64,000 bases of DNA. Source: an uncultured Bacteroidales bacterium (lineage in GTDB: Bacteria > Bacteroidota > Bacteroidia > Bacteroidales > VadinHA17). The stretch spans positions 9,290 to 73,289 of the forward strand of contig CAWHED010000005.1 in NCBI GenBank assembly GCA_963828395.1. The letters run 5' to 3'. Below the pieces are notes generated by a model, which did no database searches, was not told the origin of the DNA, and saw only the letters and a program-made list of their open reading frames with translations. Numbering within the stretch: the first letter of the stretch is position 1; every line of letters starts with the position of its first letter. Below are positions 41,336 through 50,399 of the stretch, in pieces. The position numbers were made by a program, and so were the translations under genes.

Positions 41336-43450
41336 CTATCTCCTGAAGATTTTCTCAAGCAGGGTTCTTATTTTATTTTTGCCGGCTTCGTCAAAATTGA
41401 CTTCATCGTCCTCAAAGAGATCAATAAGTCTGTCAAAGAAGGTCTTATCCCTGAAATCCGGACAGTCAAGTGCCCCCTGCAGCTCGGGAGGCAGATCAGG
41501 AAAGGGAGTATTCAGCTGTTTCATCAATTCAGGATCTGATTCAGCTTTCTTAAGTGTCAGTGCCACCAGAGGTAAAGCAAGGGCACTCCCTGAGCCATTT
41601 CTACCGCTGTTAAAATGAATGGCCGGTGATGATGCACCAACCCTGCTTACAATGACAAGATGAGGATTGAATGCCGCAAACCAGGCATCGGCATAATTCT
41701 GTGAGGTGCCGGTCTTCCCGGCCAGAGGAATCTTAACGCCGTAGACACTGTATACCGAAGCTCCCGTCCCTTCCCGGATGGCTTTTTGCAGCATTGCTGA
41801 CATAAGTATCCCGGTCCTTTCAGAGAACACCCTCTCATCTGCCGGGGGGAAATCATTCTGCCAGATCACAGCCCCGGCGGACGTTTTTATGGAGACAATA
41901 CTTTGTGGTCTGATCTTAAGCCCTCCGTTTGCAAATGCCGCATATGCCACTGCCACTTCAGCAATACTTGCTTCAGCAGTACCCATGGGCAGTGAAGGAG
42001 TATTGTCAAGAGGAAATGTAAAGCCCATTCTTCTCCACTGCATATCAAGCTTTTCGAAACCAACTTTTAAGAAGAGGCTGAAAGTCGGTATGTTCATCGA
42101 CTGCGCCAGCGCTCCGGCAAGTGAATATTTGCCACCGTAGGAGTGATTATAATTTTCAGGACTCCAGTCGTTAAACCCTGCCAATGTAACGGAGTCATTA
42201 TCAAGATACTGACATGGTTCCATCCCATCTTCAAGCGCGGCAGCATAGAGGACCGGCTTGAATACCGAAGCAAGTTGTCTCCGTGCTGATATCTGATCGT
42301 ATGGCTGTGTCTGGTAATCTATCCCGCCAACCCATGCTCTGATGGCTCCGGTTACCGGATCCATAGCAAGCAACCCTGCCTGCAGCGTGGTCACATCCTG
42401 CCTGAGGCTGTCGGGGATATCCTTCAATGATCTCTTTCCCGGTGCAGTATTGTATTGTTCGTTGAGCCTTTTCTGCATCAGGGAGAGATGTGTTTTGAAG
42501 GCTTCATTGGCTGCATACTGCAGTGAAAGGCTGATGGTGGTCGTAATTACAAGTCCGTCTTTTTCAATATTCCATTCCTTGCCTTTTGGCGGATGTGATT
42601 CCTTAAGTATTTTTTCAGCTTCGTTTCTTATCCTGAACAGGAAATAGTCTGCCGGTCCGGTAATATCATATTTGTTGTAATCGAGCTTCAGGGGAAGCCG
42701 GCATAACGAATCAGCCACCGCAGCGGTCAGGTAGCTGTATTTCTCCATCTGTTTCAGTACCACATTTCTTCTTTTAGCGGCATTTTCGGGGTTGAGACGG
42801 GGGTTATACAAGGTGTTTGCCTTAAGCATGCCGGTCAGGACAGCTGCTTCTTCAATTTTGAGATCCTGAGTTTTTTTATTGAAATACCTGTGTGAGGCAG
42901 CCTCTATCCCGAAGAGGTCCTCACCGAAAGTGACTGTGTTCAGGTACAGGGTCAGTATCTCCTCCTTGGTGAAGACTTTTTCTATTCGCCGGGCCAGCAG
43001 CGCCTCTCTGGTTTTATTTATTAAAAGTGAAAAAAGGAAATAATCTTTTCTGCCATACATGTTTTTTGCCAGCTGCTGGGTGATGGTGCTGCCGCCGCCG
43101 GAGCTCTGATCATTGAAAAGGATTGTCTTGAAAATGACCCTGAACAGGCTTCTTGAATCGATACCGCCGTGTTCATAGAAACGTGCGTCTTCAGTAGCGA
43201 CAAGTCCGTTTTTCAGATAACGGGGTATCTGATCGAATGTGATGTTGGTTCTGTTTTCGGAATAGAACTTTCCTATCGGAAGGTTCTCGGCGGATACGAC
43301 TATTGAAGCAGTTGCATTTTTATAGTTCAGGAGCTCCTTCTTGCCTGGAAGACGACTGAATACACCTCCGTACACTGAAGCAGCAAAAAATCCGGGAAGG
43401 AAGATTATGACGGCAACAACTATTATTGGTATTTTCCAGGTTTTCCTCAT
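41336..43450 (-). CDS. bifunctional class A penicillin-binding protein (GT51 glycosyltransferase plus transpeptidase)
   Basis: The GT51 motifs are VATEDARFYEHGGID and GGSTITQQLAKN. The transpeptidase S-x-x-K motif is ASVFKP, and KTGTS is present. Confidence 0.9.
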   Translation of the reverse strand: MRKTWKIPIIVVAVIIFLPGFFAASVYGGVFSRLPGKKELLNYKNATASIVVSAENLPIGKFYSENRTNITFDQIPRYLKNGLVATEDARFYEHGGIDSRSLFRVIFKTILFNDQSSGGGSTITQQLAKNMYGRKDYFLFSLLINKTREALLARRIEKVFTKEEILTLYLNTVTFGEDLFGIEAASHRYFNKKTQDLKIEEAAVLTGMLKANTLYNPRLNPENAAKRRNVVLKQMEKYSYLTAAVADSLCRLPLKLDYNKYDITGPADYFLFRIRNEAEKILKESHPPKGKEWNIEKDGLVITTTISLSLQYAANEAFKTHLSLMQKRLNEQYNTAPGKRSLKDIPDSLRQDVTTLQAGLLAMDPVTGAIRAWVGGIDYQTQPYDQISARRQLASVFKPVLYAAALEDGMEPCQYLDNDSVTLAGFNDWSPENYNHSYGGKYSLAGALAQSMNIPTFSLFLKVGFEKLDMQWRRMGFTFPLDNTPSLPMGTAEASIAEVAVAYAAFANGGLKIRPQSIVSIKTSAGAVIWQNDFPPADERVFSERTGILMSAMLQKAIREGTGASVYSVYGVKIPLAGKTGTSQNYADAWFAAFNPHLVIVSRVGASSPAIHFNSGRNGSGSALALPLVALTLKKAESDPELMKQLNTPFPDLPPELQGALDCPDFRDKTFFDRLIDLFEDDEVNFDEAGKNKIRTLLEKIFRR

Positions 43451-43563
43451 CTGCTGGCTGAACTCCGATCTGCAAACGTAGCAATTTTTCAGTTAGCGTT
43501 TTTTTTCGTTTACCGGATAACAGATACCAGGAACGGAGCGGGAGCCCTGAAAGAGCGACAGAT

Positions 43564-45111
43564 TTAAAAACAAGCCCTTATTTCCCTGCGGTAGAAAGCA
43601 TGCTTTTCTTTTGCTTCTGACTTTATTTTTTCAATGGTTTGCTTCCCTTCTTCCAGGTAGCTACCTGATTCAAACAGGTCGAATAGTATGGCCAGGGTGT
43701 CAAGAATATAAAGATTGCTTTCGGAAGCCGTTTTCCTGAATTTTTCCCGGAGCAACGCAATTCCAGGTTTTGAAATACCGAAATGGTCATGAACCGCATA
43801 GTAATTCCTTGCCCACATTGATAAATTGGTCACTCCTTCGGCACTCCACATCCATTCAGCAAAGCATGCAATGGCTGTGGAATAGCAATCGTTAAGCGAT
43901 ACGGTATTAAAGTCATAATCAAGGTATCCCGGCCTGCCCTTCAGCCTGCCTTGTTCACGCAGCTCTTTTTCGACACGGGTTTCAAAGTACGGCATCATCT
44001 TAAGAAAAGAGACAGGTGTGTAGCCATCGCTGCATATCTTTCTCAGGAATCCGAGGTTTTCCCTGAGGGAGTCGTAAGTTGTACCAGGCTGGAACATCAT
44101 AAAGCCGTAATTAAAACTTGTGTCTGAATCCTTGAGCAGCTTTATGCACTCAAGGTTTCCGGCAACAGTGGTTCTCTTATTAAGTCTGGTTAATCCCTCA
44201 TCAGTACCGTCTTCCAGGCCGATGAACACCAGGAATAGTCCGTGCTGTCTCATTAATTCCAGGATGTCTGCATCTATCTCATCAGGTCTGCAGTTGATTT
44301 TCCAGATTATTTTATCATGCAATCCTTTTTTCACCAGTTCATTGCAGAATGATTTTATCCAGTCATTTTCACCCCTGGCCTTAACAGGAAAGTCATCATC
44401 ATTAAACAGGTATACTGAGCATCCTTTATCACGGTAGAGGTACTCCATTTCCCTCACTACCATTTCAGGGTTTCTTGAGCGTTTTGTGGGTCCTGATGGC
44501 GTCCTGTAGAATTCCTTTGCATTGCAGTAAGAGCAGTTATAAATGCAGCCCCGACCTGCAAGGATGGTAACATATTTCTTTCCGTATGCGTACTCTCTCA
44601 AGGGCGGTCGTAAAGGAAACGGCAGTCTGTCAAGATCGCGCTCCAGGGGACGTAGTGGTGTCTCAATAATCTTGTGATTCTCTTTGTAGGCAATACTCAT
44701 TATACTTTTCCAGTCCTTGCCTGAGTTGAGGCAACTAACCAGTTCCAGGAGGGTATACTCACCCTCAAATCGTATGATGGAATCCAGGCCGGGGATAAGG
44801 CTGAAAAGTTCCTGTGGCCGCAGGCTTGCAAAATGGCCACCGGCAGTAAAATGGCAGCTGATCCCTTCGCTCCTCAGTAATTTTACGAGCCTGGCGAACT
44901 CGTCAATGTACCCTTCATAGATAACTGAGAAACCGACAACAAGTGGATTGCTTTTTTTCAGATCTTCCAGGATCTCTTCATTTCGCAACCGGAAATCAAT
45001 CATCCTGGTTTCAATGCCGGCCTGGTTCAGTACTGCCGACAAATATCCTACTCCGAGGTTAGAATAATCCCCGAAAACAATAAATATCACCGGCTTTGCG
45101 AATAATCCCAA
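43564..45111 (-). CDS. B12-binding domain-containing radical SAM protein
   Basis: The N-terminal Rossmann-like strand is KPVIFIVFGDYSNLGVGYLSAVL, and the radical SAM motif is GRGCIYNCSYC. The only start before the first conserved strand is the TTG at 45111. Confidence 0.85.
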   Translation of the reverse strand: MGLFAKPVIFIVFGDYSNLGVGYLSAVLNQAGIETRMIDFRLRNEEILEDLKKSNPLVVGFSVIYEGYIDEFARLVKLLRSEGISCHFTAGGHFASLRPQELFSLIPGLDSIIRFEGEYTLLELVSCLNSGKDWKSIMSIAYKENHKIIETPLRPLERDLDRLPFPLRPPLREYAYGKKYVTILAGRGCIYNCSYCNAKEFYRTPSGPTKRSRNPEMVVREMEYLYRDKGCSVYLFNDDDFPVKARGENDWIKSFCNELVKKGLHDKIIWKINCRPDEIDADILELMRQHGLFLVFIGLEDGTDEGLTRLNKRTTVAGNLECIKLLKDSDTSFNYGFMMFQPGTTYDSLRENLGFLRKICSDGYTPVSFLKMMPYFETRVEKELREQGRLKGRPGYLDYDFNTVSLNDCYSTAIACFAEWMWSAEGVTNLSMWARNYYAVHDHFGISKPGIALLREKFRKTASESNLYILDTLAILFDLFESGSYLEEGKQTIEKIKSEAKEKHAFYRREIRACF

Positions 45112-45114
45112 ACC

Positions 45115-45315
45115 TTACTTCCAGAAGGATAGGTCTTTCACTGCGATACAATATTCATGATTTGCCCTGGCAATTTTCTCTGCAAGTTCCAGCTGCAGGC
45201 GGAGTATTGCTTTAATCTGATCTTCTGGCAGCCCAAGTTTTGCAAACTCATCGGGATGCATTTTGAATATCGGAGGATTAATTCTCATAGCTTCCCTTTC
45301 TTCATCATCGTACAT
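45115..45315 (-). CDS. hypothetical 66-aa protein
   Basis: Sequence: MYDDEEREAMRINPPIFKMHPDEFAKLGLPEDQIKAILRLQLELAEKIARANHEYCIAVKDLSFWK. It is in the same frame as the radical SAM ORF, separated only by TAA plus one codon. Confidence 0.5.
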   Translation of the reverse strand: MYDDEEREAMRINPPIFKMHPDEFAKLGLPEDQIKAILRLQLELAEKIARANHEYCIAVKDLSFWK

Positions 45316-45351
45316 GATTTCCTGTTTTTTTAAGGTTAAATAATTTGAATA

Positions 45352-47826
45352 TTATTTGGTAGTGCCGGTCCTTTTGCCGGTCCTTGCTTTAAATTCAGGC
45401 GTTTCTGCCAGTTTTTTCCATTCAGGATCAACTTTCATAAGGTTCAGTGAGAAGAATGAAGGGTTGTTGAGGAGAAAGTCCACCTGCCGGGTTGCATTTA
45501 CAAAATCACCTGTCATGACGTATATCTTTCCCAGATTAATTATCATGTCGCTCTTTGTAATGGCGTCATCACTTGCCAGCTCTACAGCTGTTTTTCCTGC
45601 GATGAGCGCATCGGTCACATTTCCTGAGCCGGCATATGCCAGGCCGCAGTTACTGTAGGCATAATAGTTTTCCGGATTATCCATAATCATCTGTTTGTAC
45701 ACGACAACCGCAGAATCGTTGTATGCCCTCGCCATATGCTGATCATTCAGCAGGCTGTAGAGCCAACCCGATGTTAAGAATCTTAAGCCGGGATATCCAA
45801 GTTCCTCATCTGTCGATGACTTTAATTCCTTTAATGCATCCGGGTACCTGCCTTCATAGATGTACATAAGGATCCGCAGATATTCATGTCTTTCACCTGT
45901 TCTTACGAGTGAAGTATCCAGTACTTTTCTTGCCTCAATTGTATTTCCGTATTTCAGAATCAGGACTTCAATCAGGCTGCTGTATGGTCCCGACCAACCG
46001 GGCACTGCATCAATAGCCTTACGGTAGAATGTGACAGCTGTGTCATAGCTGTGCATATAGGTAAAGGAAATCCCTATATTGATCAGTGCAAGGGCGTCCT
46101 GCGGCTCTTTTTCAATAGCTTTTATTATAAGATCCTGCGACTGTTTCCATTCACCCGTTTTACGGTATACCATCGCCATATAAAAGGACGGTTGGTAATT
46201 ACCCGGATCCATTTCTGCAGCCGTCCTGAAATGGGTTATGGCTTTCTGGTAATCTTCCGTGCAGTAATAATAGTAGAATCCAAGAGCCACCTGTGCATCA
46301 GCCAGGTCTTTATCAAGTTCAAAGGCCTTGTCCGCATCAGACTTGCATTTATCTATATGGGATTCATCAAGCTGGCCGGTGTGAAGGCCCCATGAACGCG
46401 CAATGGAACGTTTGGCATATGCCAGAGCAAAGTTGGGGTCATTCCTGATGGCCCTGTCATACATCATAATGGCGGAAGAAAAGTTTGAAGTCAGGTTTAA
46501 GGAGTCAATGAATTGATTTCCCGAGAAATAATAAGACAATGCTTTTTGAGATTCAACATTGGCAGAAAGGTAATTCATGTATGCGACAGCATTTTTAGTG
46601 GGATTTTTCTCAATTTTTGCTTTTTCTTCAGGCAGGGGTACCGTCTTCAGGTTTGAAGCTATCTGTTCGGCAATATCAGCATGCATTACTGACATGTCAG
46701 CCCATGCAGGCTCATAGGTTTTACCCCATATCTGCTCATTTTTCTTAGCGTCTATCAGATTCACGCTTATCCGGAACTTCTCATCAGTTTTCAGGTAACT
46801 GCCTTCTATAATATAGTTGGCATTCACCTCCTTGCCTATTTCCGGGAAGTTTTTCAGATTACCCTTATAACGTAACACCGCATTTATCGGACGTAAACTG
46901 AATACTCTTATATTGCTGAGCTGATTGATCAACTCAGCGGCAATAGCATCACCGAGCCATATATTTTCCTTATCATCTCCAAATTGTTCGAATGGCAAAA
47001 CCGCAATCGATTTTTCACCGTGCCTGCCCAATCCTGCTTCAGTACCTGAAAACTTATAGATTGCATAAATGCCTGCCATAATCAACATAACTGTCATCAC
47101 CAGAATACCTCTCTTACGCCATGATACTGAATTTTTTTTGATGGCGCCTCCGGCATCAGTCTTTTTGGCCTCAGGCTCTTCCCTCAGCTCTCTTTTAAAC
47201 GGTCTGTCCTTATGCGTCAATGGCTGTTCCGGCTGAAGCGAGGAGATTATTTCCTTAACAGCGTTGGCAGTCTTATTGATCTGGTTACGGTATTTCGTCC
47301 CGCTCAGGTTTTTATTTTCATCATCTGCCGGAGTGAGCGGCCTGTTTACTCCGGGTTCCTTATATATGAAATCAATGGCCCTGAGAGTTCCCCCAAGTTC
47401 ATTCTCGACCATTTCCCTGTCTTCGGGATCAAGCTCATGGATCCGTACCGGCAATATCCTGTTTGCTACATTTCCGCTGTGCAGGGTGACTTTCAGTCCG
47501 AATCTGTCATGGGACGCCTGCGTGATAAAAGCCTTGAACTCATGCTCCCAGGCAAATGCATTGGAATCACAGTAGGTGTGTGAGATTACGGGAATAAAAA
47601 TCAGACATTTAAGCTTCTCTTTCAGAGATGCATCGACATCATGTGTCTCCAGAATGCCGTCATGTGGATTAATGTCGAAGTAGACACTTATCTCTTCCTT
47701 GAATGTCGACTCGAGCTCTCCCCTCAGGTTGTTAACAAAATCAGTGACCCAGCCGTCATGTTTGTTGTCCTTCTGGCGATAGCTGATAAAAATGTCATAT
47801 TCAAAACCCGGGACGAGGCTTGCCAT
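45352..47826 (-). CDS. TIR domain / single TM / TolB-N-like / TPR-repeat membrane protein
   Basis: The N-terminal TIR segment is YDIFISYRQKDN...IFIPVISHTYCDSNAFAWEHEF, and the TM segment is GILVMTVMLIMAGIYAIY. This is followed by SIAVLPFEQFGDDKENIWLGDAIAAELINQLS and multiple TPR-like repeats. The ATG is at 47826, and the listed ORF begins at a TTG at 47835. Confidence 0.85.
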   Translation of the reverse strand: MASLVPGFEYDIFISYRQKDNKHDGWVTDFVNNLRGELESTFKEEISVYFDINPHDGILETHDVDASLKEKLKCLIFIPVISHTYCDSNAFAWEHEFKAFITQASHDRFGLKVTLHSGNVANRILPVRIHELDPEDREMVENELGGTLRAIDFIYKEPGVNRPLTPADDENKNLSGTKYRNQINKTANAVKEIISSLQPEQPLTHKDRPFKRELREEPEAKKTDAGGAIKKNSVSWRKRGILVMTVMLIMAGIYAIYKFSGTEAGLGRHGEKSIAVLPFEQFGDDKENIWLGDAIAAELINQLSNIRVFSLRPINAVLRYKGNLKNFPEIGKEVNANYIIEGSYLKTDEKFRISVNLIDAKKNEQIWGKTYEPAWADMSVMHADIAEQIASNLKTVPLPEEKAKIEKNPTKNAVAYMNYLSANVESQKALSYYFSGNQFIDSLNLTSNFSSAIMMYDRAIRNDPNFALAYAKRSIARSWGLHTGQLDESHIDKCKSDADKAFELDKDLADAQVALGFYYYYCTEDYQKAITHFRTAAEMDPGNYQPSFYMAMVYRKTGEWKQSQDLIIKAIEKEPQDALALINIGISFTYMHSYDTAVTFYRKAIDAVPGWSGPYSSLIEVLILKYGNTIEARKVLDTSLVRTGERHEYLRILMYIYEGRYPDALKELKSSTDEELGYPGLRFLTSGWLYSLLNDQHMARAYNDSAVVVYKQMIMDNPENYYAYSNCGLAYAGSGNVTDALIAGKTAVELASDDAITKSDMIINLGKIYVMTGDFVNATRQVDFLLNNPSFFSLNLMKVDPEWKKLAETPEFKARTGKRTGTTK

Positions 47827-47913
47827 AACATCCAATTCATTGTGTTAAAGTTACGAAAGAGCTGGAGGCGAGTCAAATATATTTCCGCCGGCTTCTGCTG
47901 ACAGCCAAAGGGG

Positions 47914-49780
47914 TCAGATCCTGATACCGATGATTGTTATGTCATCGGTCTGATCTTCCTCTTTTTCCTCTCTCCACATAGCAATCTCTTCATATAGTCT
48001 GTCTCCCTGCTCAGGCATCGGCAAAGCACTTATCCGCAGCAGAAAGTCGCTAAGTCTTTTTCTGGTATACCTCTTATGTTTACTGCCGCCGAACTGATCG
48101 GAATAACCATCTGAACATAAGTATAATACATCAGTTTCTTTAAGCTGCAGCGTCCCGGTGATAAAGGTTTCGTCCTCCTTATCACTGCTGCCTTCCCTGC
48201 CAGCCATGGACTTAATCTCATTTATTCTGCCGTCAGTCACATGCAATAAACTGTTGCCGGTACCTGAAAAGGTAAGAAATCCGGTACGTGTATCCAGATT
48301 GCACAATGCGATATCCATATCATCCGATACGCCGTTCTCATGGAGATCCCTGTGAAGGAACCTGTGAACGCCCGAATACAGGTAATGCATGATATCGGAA
48401 GGGTTGCTTAGCTTCATAATGTTCACGGCCTGATCGAGTATTCCGTAACCAATGGTGCTTATCAGCGCCGCGGGGATACCATGCCCGGTACAGTCTGCCA
48501 GCGCAAAGATTATATGGTCATTGTCCCTGCTGAACAGGTAAAAATCACCGCTGACAATATCTTTTGGCTCATAGAAAACGAAACTGTCAGGGAAGCATTC
48601 CCTGATGTAAAGATCTTCAGGGAGGAAAGCCTTTTGTATATGCCGGGCATAATTATAGCTCCCCTGAACTTCCCCTATAGTCAGTTTGATTTTTTCACTG
48701 ACAGACCTGATCTTTTCATCGATCAGGGGAAAAGATGATGTGAGACCTCTTATCTGATCATTCAGCTCATTGGTTTCACATAACAATTTATGGATACTGC
48801 TCTGTGGCTTTATTGCATATGATAATTTGCTGATGCTTCCCGGCGAGACAGGATAGGCTTCGTAATTAATATCCTGAAGAAAAGCAGGTATAAGCCTTAC
48901 AAGCTCGCGGTCCTTTTCTTTTTCGGGCTCATCAAGCTCGTCGTACGGTACCAGACCCGGATGGATCTTCTTCACATCGTCTTTTGGTTTTACCATAAGA
49001 CCATCCGTTCAGTCTTTTCTCCCAGCTCCACCTGAGATGCTCAACTCTTGCCATGGTCTCAACCTCTTCGTCACCAATATGCAGGGCCAGGGGTTTAAAT
49101 CCCTTTTTAACAGCTCTGATCCTGTAACCAATTGCCAATAGCTTCGTTGGAATGTGAGCGGCATTGTCAATGTTTGAAAGCTGGAGTTCGGTGGGAAGAT
49201 CATTAAACTGCTGAATACCAACTCCTTTCTTAGCCGCACCACTGCCTGCCTGTTTTCTTATTTCATGAAGATACCTTGAGTGAATTGCCCTGGCAATTTT
49301 TTTGATCAGTGACATGCTCACCCCCTCAACCTCTTCGTGCCTGACGATCTCAAGGCCGGCTTCCTTCAGGCCGGAGGGTATCAGATAATTAAGCTCCCGG
49401 AAAAGGATCTTTCTCTCTTCCCGGTCACTCCTTTCCCGGAACCTGTCGAGATCCATCCTGACAAGGAGGGCAATCTCATCATCTGTAATTATACATGTCC
49501 TGCAAAACTCCCGGAAAGGACGCAGGAGAAGATTAAGCGACCTGAGTTTGACGGGTATGACAGAGGCATAGTCGTACCAAAAACTCTTTTCACTCCTGGT
49601 CAGGTCCGTAAAATTCTTAAGAAAAGAAACAGGATGGGCAAACAGCCCTGCTCTCTGCCTGATACCCTGATAGAGACCCTTTCCAACCGGATCAATGAAA
49701 TGTTTCTTAAAATCTGCCGGATCAATCTGTTCTTCGCTGATTATCCGGTTATCAGTATCATATATGTTTTTTGGTGACAT
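47914..49780 (-). pseudogene. RyR-domain protein fused to a PP2C/SpoIIE-type phosphatase, one frameshift
   Basis: ORFs 48932..49780 and 47914..48996 join as EHLRWSWEKRLNGWSYGKTK-DDVKKIHPGLVPYDELDEPEKEKDRELV (a RyR repeat) when one T of the T4 run at 48982-48985 is removed. The C-terminal part, GDFYLFSRDNDHIIFALADCTGHGIPAALIS, is SpoIIE-like. Confidence 0.85.
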
Positions 49781-49797
49781 CAGGACAGATAAAAATC

Positions 49798-50196
49798 CTA
49801 TTGTTCTTCCATTTCTATGAACTCAAACGGAATTTTTACAATCTGAGACATCTCAATACCGGCTTCAAGCATATCGGTATCGTTTTTCATATAATACCAT
49901 TTTACCGAGGCATTGAATTCCTTCGCATGCAAACGGGCCAGAACCTTGCATATATCGAGGATGCATTTTGCAGAGGCGGAATTGAAGTATTCAAAATTGA
50001 AATTGAAGATTATGGGATCCTTTCTTTTCCCTGATAAGACGAAGTCACCGAAATCGTTCATCCAGGCAAGGACCGGTCCGTAAAATTCCCGCACATCCTG
50101 AGGTCTTGACTCGCCTGCGATCTCCAGAAAGTACTCCTCATGGTCGAGTATGACCTTCGGGGAAAAGACAGTCGGACTGATAATTAACTTTTCCAT
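49798..50196 (-). CDS. DUF1987 / SiaC-family regulatory phosphoprotein
   Basis: 132 aa with SPTVFSPKVILD, IAGESRPQDVREFYGPVLAWM, FNFEYFNSASAKCILD and VKWYYMKNDTDMLEAG. These follow the SiaC family pattern. Confidence 0.8.
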   Translation of the reverse strand: MEKLIISPTVFSPKVILDHEEYFLEIAGESRPQDVREFYGPVLAWMNDFGDFVLSGKRKDPIIFNFNFEYFNSASAKCILDICKVLARLHAKEFNASVKWYYMKNDTDMLEAGIEMSQIVKIPFEFIEMEEQ

Positions 50197-50399
50197 TAAT
50201 AAACCTGTAATATGCCTTCCGGATCAAAATTATAAAGGTCCGCCGCTAAAACCGGCAAAGGAGTCGTTAAAAATATTTCTCCGGTTATATATTTATTATT
50301 AACTTGAATAACTGAAACAAAGATAAATTTTCCGGCGAAATTGGTTTAGGGATTAATATTAATATTTCAAATTCTAAATATTCTTAATTACCCCGGGCA

